Source: Bugula neritina (lineage: Eukaryota; Animalia; Bryozoa). Taken from it: 64,000 bases of DNA. Both the position numbers and the translations under genes were made by a program. The notes beneath the pieces were generated by a model. The model was given only the letters and a program-made list of their open reading frames with translations. It was not told the DNA's origin and ran no database searches. Location of the stretch: the NCBI GenBank assembly GCA_964035545.1, contig OZ037767.1:28598628-28662627 (forward strand), written 5' to 3'. Below are positions 54,935 to 64,000 of this stretch, piece by piece; position 1 is the stretch's first letter, and every line of letters starts with the position of its first letter.

Positions 54935-55972
54935 AACAGTAAACAGAAAGCAAATGAATCACATCACAGAGCTTGCTGACATACTCTACCTAATGGGAAC
55001 CAGGAATTTTAATGTGAAATTCGTTGTTGCGACAGCATGAGTGAATAATACTGTGGGTGTCTTGCAATCATTTACAGTTCAACCAATGGCCTATATTTAT
55101 GTTAGATGGGTTAGGAATAAATAGCAAATTGAAACTTTTATGTGGTACTTTGTGGTATTATCACACCAGAGTTGATGAAATAACATTCATGCTGTAAATG
55201 TAAAATCTGCTAAGGATATCACTTATGTTTTGCTTGCTATTATAATACAAATACCTTCTGTTAGAAACTTACAACAGAAACTAATTTAGAAAATATATTT
55301 TCCCCAGCGTACGTCATTAGTTTGTACCATACTCTGGCATGCTGGTACTAACACTCATCTCATAACAAGATTTAGTGGATTATAGTAGCTACACAAAAGG
55401 TGAGTAACTATTACAACAATAATTAACTAAAGTCAGTCGCTGAACATGTGATTTCTGTCTACATTTGGATAGTTCTGTAGCAAAGTACAGAAATTTATTG
55501 AGCATATGCGTCTATGTATTTTAGTAATAGATAAAAATTTGTTAGTCTCTCACTTTTCGCATTTCCAACTAGATCTGGCTAAAAATAGATTTATTTAAAT
55601 CAGTTTACTGTGAAGGGCTGAGATGTTTGTGAGCAACTATTCAAATGCTGTTCTTATTGAATGCACAACTTTTTGAAAACAGGTGAAAGTTTCAGTCAAC
55701 AATGGCTACTATATCAAATTTCCTCAACTTTTACTTACTCAAAGTCACCAATATTGGCTACATTAATTACTGGCTTTAGCACAAAACTGTGTTCACAACT
55801 TATATTCCAAAAGATCTGTGATATATTCCTCAACTTTACAGCATGCCAGCATTTATGTTGGGGGAAAAAAATCTTACTACCTTTTGTAATACACATTTAG
55901 TTATATCAGGTTTTGTTCTGGTAGGAATCTAATCCAATACTGAATATTTTGCTTGGCATTTTACAGATTGGC

Positions 55973-56664
55973 ATGAGAATCTGCGCAGTTAAAAACTGTC
56001 ATAATGGAGATTATAAACTTCAAAAGTTTCGAAAGAGCAATCCTGGACAATTGAATCCTTTTACTCTTTATACGTTCCCACGAAAAAATGAGCAACAGCG
56101 TCACGACTGGTGTGTTTTAATAAATCGGAAGGATGAATTAGGAAATTTATGGACTCCAAAACAGCGTTCTAGAGTTTGCTCCTTACATTTTAAAGATGGT
56201 CAGCCAACTGAGCGAAATCCAAACCCAACCCTTCACTTGGGATACAAATGCACCAAAACTTATAGTTCAAGAGGCACAGAAAACAGTGGTTTTGACAAAA
56301 CAGCTGGAAAAAGAAAAGAACAGAAAAAATATTCAACAAATGTAAAGCAACAGAATTCATCTTACAGCCATCCTTGTAGTCAAACTTCATTAGAGGTAAC
56401 TGAGCAAGAAGAAACTTTGCTAGCTAATGCAAAAAAGAGTCCTAGGCGTTTAAATATTGGACCAAAAGTTATAAGAAAAAGCTCAGAATTTTCCAAGTAT
56501 AAACAAAAGGCAGCTGTTAGGAAAATTAAAGTTTTCAAAACGTTTACTACAACAGATGAAAGAACCAAGTTTTACACTGGAATACCTACACGATCTCTAT
56601 ATTTTTCTTTAGCAAGGTAAAAGTTTAAAGTTTATTACCGTACTATTAAAATTACACACACATT

Positions 56665-56714
<50 letters not shown>

Positions 56715-57953
56715 TTTTTATTTAAAAAAGTCTCACCCTCCTATATAGTTTCATACAGTAATCAACTGCACTAAAAATAAATAAAATTAAGTAAAATATA
56801 ATATATTGAATTAAATCATCATTAAATATAAATGTTGTAAGTTTAAGGTGTTAAAAATATGTTTACCCATCTCAAAAATTGAAAATTTTATGCATCAAGG
56901 CTCAACAGGCAACGGTGGCATTAAAGTTACTGCTGTGTGTTTAAAATAAATAGCAACACTTATGAAATATTTTAAACATAAAATATTATAAAGCAATGAT
57001 AGTTAGCACAATTATTTGAGGCTATAACAGTTTTTATTCCTTTTTTATAATTATTAGACACAGATTAAGCTAAATGAATATAAACTGAGTAACTAAATAT
57101 ATGTTGAACATACACTGATATAATTTCCAGCTGTTAATTTATTTTTTATTTTTTATATAGATTTATATGCCCAAAGATGAGGTGTCTTACTCTCAGAAAA
57201 AAGTTAACAAGACAAGATGAGCTTTTGTTGGCTTTGATGAAGCTGCGTCAAGGTCTGCAGTTTCAAATGCTTGCTGACCTTTTTTATATTTCTAGAATGC
57301 TAGCAAGCAAAATCTTCAAAGATACATTAACCATTCTAGCAAAAGAATTAAAAAATCTCATTATTTTTCCCCCTAGAAAGAAATTGAACACTCCTCTCAA
57401 TTTTCAAAGTCAGTATCCCAACATTCGGTGCATTATTGATTGCACAGAAATATTTATATGCAAGCCACAGTCGAAGTTGGCACAAGCCTTGACGTGGAGT
57501 GAATATAAAAAATCAAATACAATCAAATACCTTATTGCAATCACACCCAGAGGCACTATATGCTTCCTTTCACCTGGAATGGGAGGTAGGGCCTCAGACA
57601 AGTGCATAGTTAATGATTCTGGCTTCTTGGGTCTCATAAACCCAGGTGATGTGGTCATGGCAGATAAAGGCTTTATTATTGAAGAAGAGCTAATAGGAGC
57701 TGGAGCCAAGTTGGCCATGCCACCTGGGAAGAGAGGCCATTCTCAAATGACTAGAGCGCAGTTACTGCAAACTAAGTTGATTGCTAACCTTAGAATCCAC
57801 GTTGAAAGAGCAATAAAACGGATAAAGGAGTTTAATATTTTAAATAGTCCTGGGGGTGTAAGCTTACTGTTGGCACCTCTTTTAGATAAGATAATGGTAG
57901 TCTGCTGTGCTCTCTGTAATCTGCAGCCACCGTTGGTAACCGATGAAGTGTAG
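55973..57953 (+). CDS. THAP-domain DDE transposase (Harbinger/ISL2EU type), ~478 aa, two coding exons
   Basis: Exons 55973-56616 and 57161-57953 join in phase 2 (GCAAG|GT...TATAG|ATTT), giving 1437 nt with no stops. THAP C2CH: CAVKNC...FP...W...RVCSLHF. Also KFYTGIP; HTH LLLALMKLR...LADLFYIS; and catalytic IIDCTE, ADKGF and RIHVERAI. Confidence 0.92.
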
Positions 57954-58922
57954 CACTTTTATAATAATATTCTTCTTGATGTGCTATTGTATACGCATGT
58001 GCTATACCACTATGCTTTGTAAATAAAAGTCTAATAGTATTATACTTGGTCATATCTGCTTGCCTCAATGATTGTTGAAAAGGATTTTGGGTGAAAGTAA
58101 ATGGCAGCTCAGACGTGATACTCATTTTACAAAATGCTAACTTATGTGTACATAATATTCTGTTATATAGTATCAATTTTGTATGCAGTCAGTGCTGAAA
58201 TATAATGCTTTCATTTTGGTGGTATCGGCATTTTTTCTGTAGCTATCATGTTGCATCACACAATATGAAAATTTTTTCAAGCCCAATGTTTAATGACCAT
58301 TTATTCTAACATTCCAAATTATTAGGAGAGAGCCTTTGTATTTTGCTCAACTGACTAAAACATGTATTGAAAACTCATTAGTAAAGTTATTGCATTAGTT
58401 TCAGAGCTAAGTACATATATTTCATCCAGCAATGGCTTGAGGCTGAGAAGTTCAACTTGAATATCACTTATACAAAAACATGGCAAATTGCATAAAACAT
58501 TACTTCACAGTTAAAAGAAACTAGACTATATTGTCCCATGCATGGCTGATGTCATTACATTTGTAGAATAATCATGCTGTTTAGCTAAGTAAATCGTATA
58601 CAAGAAAGCGTTATCAACATGGTACCATGGTGATAATACCAACTAACAATATAGACCCACATGCAAGGCACTACATGCTAATCCTCATTTTTATACAAAA
58701 TGTCTACATTATCTATTGCTAAAAGCTGTGCATTTAAACTCAATGCAGATGAATATGTGACTGAGTAAAAAACTGCTGTTCTACAAATTTAAAATAAAAT
58801 AGTAGTGGGTACACAAGCAAATAATTTACGGTTATAGCGTAGGCTAATGCATTTGTAATGAGCATGTAATATAATTTCTTAAATAATTACATTAAAGTAA
58901 ACTGAAGCACGCAAAGTAACCA

Positions 58923-59891
58923 GGCTATGGGAATGTATTTAGTAGTATGCATTGATTTAAAACTAAATCATGAAATGATTATCATTATTGCTACCTCTGC
59001 GCTTGGTAGACAGGATAGAATGGTGTGACTGCTGTAACTGTGCTACTGCTCTACATACTAACAGACTAGCCTAGTGTTTTTACATGCCTTACATAAGATA
59101 TTATAATAGAACTGATAAGTTTGGTGTAGCCACTGTCATTGCAGCTCAGTGACTGTGCTAGTGTGCTATGCTCTCACTACTGCTTTACAATACAACCAAG
59201 TAGCAGCACTGGTTGATTTGATATTCTAAGGCCTTTTGATGAAATCACCCTAAGTTATAACTGCCTATACATAGTTGCTTACAAACTAAGTCAGAACAGA
59301 TTTCGTAATACTAATAATTTTCCCATACACTGAAGTGTTGTAGATGAATACAGCATGATCAGACTATAAAACCTAACCAAAAAGGGGCGTGTACCAACTC
59401 TAAAATATCACCACTATAACTTATATAAAACTCCACATTTTCAAATGCAAATGCATTATTAGGCCAATCAGATACAATCATTAGCTGGTCATGTAGAGTC
59501 CAGCCAATCAGAATTGTGTAAAATTGCAGAACCGCGTGTGGATACCCAACTGCCAAAAACAACCAGCCCATTTACCACTATGTCAATAAAAATGTCATTA
59601 AATGTGTTTTGCCAGAACAGCTGGGGTTGTGGTCAAGCTGCTCCAGGGTAATTTTTCAGGAATACATTCTTTAAATGCATTTTTTAAGCACTTAATTTAA
59701 ACATTTTGAAAAATGAACTCATGATTCATAAATTTAAGATATGAAATAAAATAATGCATGTAATAAAGCTTGCACAACTATTTCCTAGAAGTATGCATAT
59801 TGCATTTGAACTTGCAGAAGTTTATATAAGTTATAGTGGTGAGTATCTAAAATTGGTTCAAGGTACTAAATGTACCAATCTTACATGGTCT
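58923..59891 (-). repeat. Right terminal inverted repeat (969 bp)
   Basis: Mirror of the left TIR; by eye it differs by ~6 substitutions and one 2-bp indel. Confidence 0.93.
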
Positions 59892-61235
59892 ATTAGTAAT
59901 TCTTCATTGCAAGGCTCCAACAATTCTTTCAAAGCCAGCCATTTGTTTCAAGTATATAGTATTATAAAGGGAGACCCAGGATAAAACTGACTTCAATTGA
60001 CTAAAAGTTCCAGTGCATTGCATAGACGCAATTCCCTAAAAAGTAGGGTTACAAAATCTCTGTTTACCTATTGAATTAACATCTAAGTTCTTGACATTTT
60101 AATTTCTGCAACTTCGTACTATAGAAGAGTTGCACCAGTTATATCAATCAGAAAACAGCATTGGTAATCAATTAAAAACCTGGGAGCATTCCGCATTTGC
60201 ATTTATAATAGAATAATTATGGCATTCATAACATTATTATGTAATATATGTTCAACTCTTACATGCAGGGCCATTATATTTGGATAGATTAGTGTAAATG
60301 ACACAATTAAATTAAAGCTTATGTTGTATTTGTATTTTATTAGTGAATAAAGAAACAGCCACAGTTGAGAATATGGTGTTGATAAAATAACAGCATTATA
60401 AAATATATAAAAATATGGCATATCTTTCAGCTATAAATTGACTGATTGTGGTGATCTTTTTCAACAAACTATGACCACAAAAGATAAGATAACTAAGACG
60501 AGCAACTAGCTGAAAGAGCCATCAACAATTGAGCTTCAAAATATGCACATACCACTTGGACTCTGAAAGTTAACTGTTTACAGTAGTAATAAAAAATTGG
60601 TTGATAAAATATCGAGTTGTGGGAAATGCTGCCATATTAAATGGCTCAAGTCGTCTCCCACAACAACATATGAAAATTAAACTTCTTTTTCCACACGAAA
60701 AATGATACATCTTGGAACTAACAGCAAATTAATAAACTACAGATGCAAATAATACAAGAAATTGCTGAAAGTTAATCTAATATAGTTATTAAATATCTAG
60801 AAATTAAATTATAAACCTTTTCACATAAATATAACACATCAACGGAAATAAAATACTAAATTGAAATAGAATGTATTTGTAGGTTGAGTTACAATATTTC
60901 ACACTAGTACAAGTGTCACTCGTGTATGTAACTAATAGAATTGGTAATAACAGCATTAAAAACCCGCTGTGGATTATAATAGGACACCGGTTCCAACACA
61001 AACTGTACAGACAGACATATAACAGTCACACGTCTCATACTTTAGACTGTGATTCTAAGCCAAAATAGGCGGGTCTTTCTTATGCCCTAAATAAAATTTT
61101 GCTCAAAGTCTAAAACACCATAAATTGATCTCTTTACAGTGATCCGACCTGCCACAATGGCGGCAGCATGAGTAGCTATTGCCATGCTGCATCTCTTCTA
61201 TATATCTTATCTTTTCAGCAACGCCCAACTGCGTT

Positions 61236-63277
<2,042 letters not shown>

Positions 63278-63314
63278 CTGAAAACAGAAGAGAATGAATT
63301 GATTAGTGAATATC

Positions 63315-63422
63315 TTTGGTATATTGTATATAGAACCTTTGGTATATTATATATAGAGAGCCTTTGGTATATTATATATATAGAACCTTTGGTATATTAC
63401 ATATAGAACCTTTGGCATATTG
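63315..63422. repeat. Short minisatellite (AGAACCTTTGGTATATT + variable TA), ~5 copies
   Basis: Visible tandem copies. Confidence 0.8.
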
Positions 63423-64000
63423 TACTGCTAGTAAAACGTGAGCAGACAGAGCTGTATATAATGCTCAGTACCAGCCGCAATCTATCCCTCTGTTATTACT
63501 GATAATATCTTCAAAAGAGGTGTCTACTGTTGCAGGTGCAACTTGAGCTACTGCTAAGCCCAGGGCTAGAGAAGTTGCAGCTGTAATTCATTTTAGCTGG
63601 TCAGTTGACATTTGAACAAGCCATTCAGTCAGTAGCTTCGTCCAGTTTGCACACAAAAGGTTGTCAACTTAGTAGTGTTTGCACCGAGTAAACATCCCGG
63701 GGAGAGACTAGCCTAGTGACTGCTGGATGTGTAGTCAGCCATTGCTTGAGGGACTGCATTGTGCTCGAGTAAAAAACTACCAGGAGGAGGGGGGAGAGCT
63801 ACGAGTCCCTATTTAATGTCTCAATATTGAACACAGCTAAAAAAATCACATTTCTGGTCACTAGAAAGATTTACTGGCATAGAGTATAGACATTTTGAGT
63901 CAAAATTCTATTCCAGGTTTAGAAGTTACATCATCTAGGCACATTTTTCAGACTAGTGACTCGCTAACTGTTATAGACAAAGAGCTGAAACATCTGATAG

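Larger units (their letters stand above)
53964..59891 (+). mobile_element. ISL2EU-like (PIF/Harbinger-related, IS5-like) DNA transposon, 5928 bp, with ~970-bp TIRs
   Basis: Termini AGACC...GGTCT flanked by AT on both sides (53962-53963 and 59892-59893), matching the AT target duplication described for ISL2EU. TIRs at 53964-54934 and 58923-59891. Encodes a THAP + HTH + DDE_Tnp_4-type transposase. Confidence 0.88.

Noticed and set aside
55973-57953. Domesticated HARBI1 or THAP9/P-element (Galileo) interpretation
   Set aside because: Intact TIRs and a TSD indicate a mobile element. The IDCTE/ADKGF/HVER motifs and 2-bp AT duplication fit ISL2EU/Harbinger, not P elements with 7-8 bp TSDs.
53910-59950. 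Short minus-strand reading frame restored across the empty insertion site (KWLALKELLEPCNEELLIAIDLVLLGSPPRKTPV)
   Set aside because: Only ~35 codons between stops, with no splice support or recognisable homology; cannot claim a disrupted gene.
63472-63580. Open exon-like segment (ATSLALGLAVAQVAPATVDTSFEDIISNNRGIDCG) upstream of the unidentified gene
   Set aside because: Joining it to exon 63197-63277 creates TG+A, a stop codon, so it cannot be linked with the visible splice sites.

Overview
AT-rich, gene-dense animal (invertebrate-type) genomic DNA with GT-AG introns; the species cannot be determined from the sequence. I hand-spliced eight recognisable genes into frame-consistent models. In order: a Cip/Kip CDK inhibitor (+), MTCH mitochondrial carrier homolog (-), vigilin/HDLBP (+), a CLIC (+), TAF10 (+), LACTB2 (-), D2HGDH (-) and an intronless NPRL2 (+). 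These are followed by a 5.9-kb ISL2EU-like (PIF/Harbinger-related) DNA transposon and the 3' exons of an unidentified minus-strand gene. The most unusual object is the transposon. It has an intact spliced THAP-HTH-DDE transposase between ~970-bp terminal inverted repeats. Each repeat begins with a 531-bp mini-element that has its own inverted ends, giving a composite, Tn10-like layout. Other points of note: a tandem-duplicated, frame-incompatible exon pair in MTCH (likely mutually exclusive); an acidic repeat tail with two LPPPP-ED motifs on the CLIC; p21/p27/p57-like intron positions in the CDK inhibitor; intronic tandem repeats that copy splice sites; and 3/6-bp periodic tracts around putative promoters. 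All alignments were done by eye and family assignments come from recalled motifs, not database searches.
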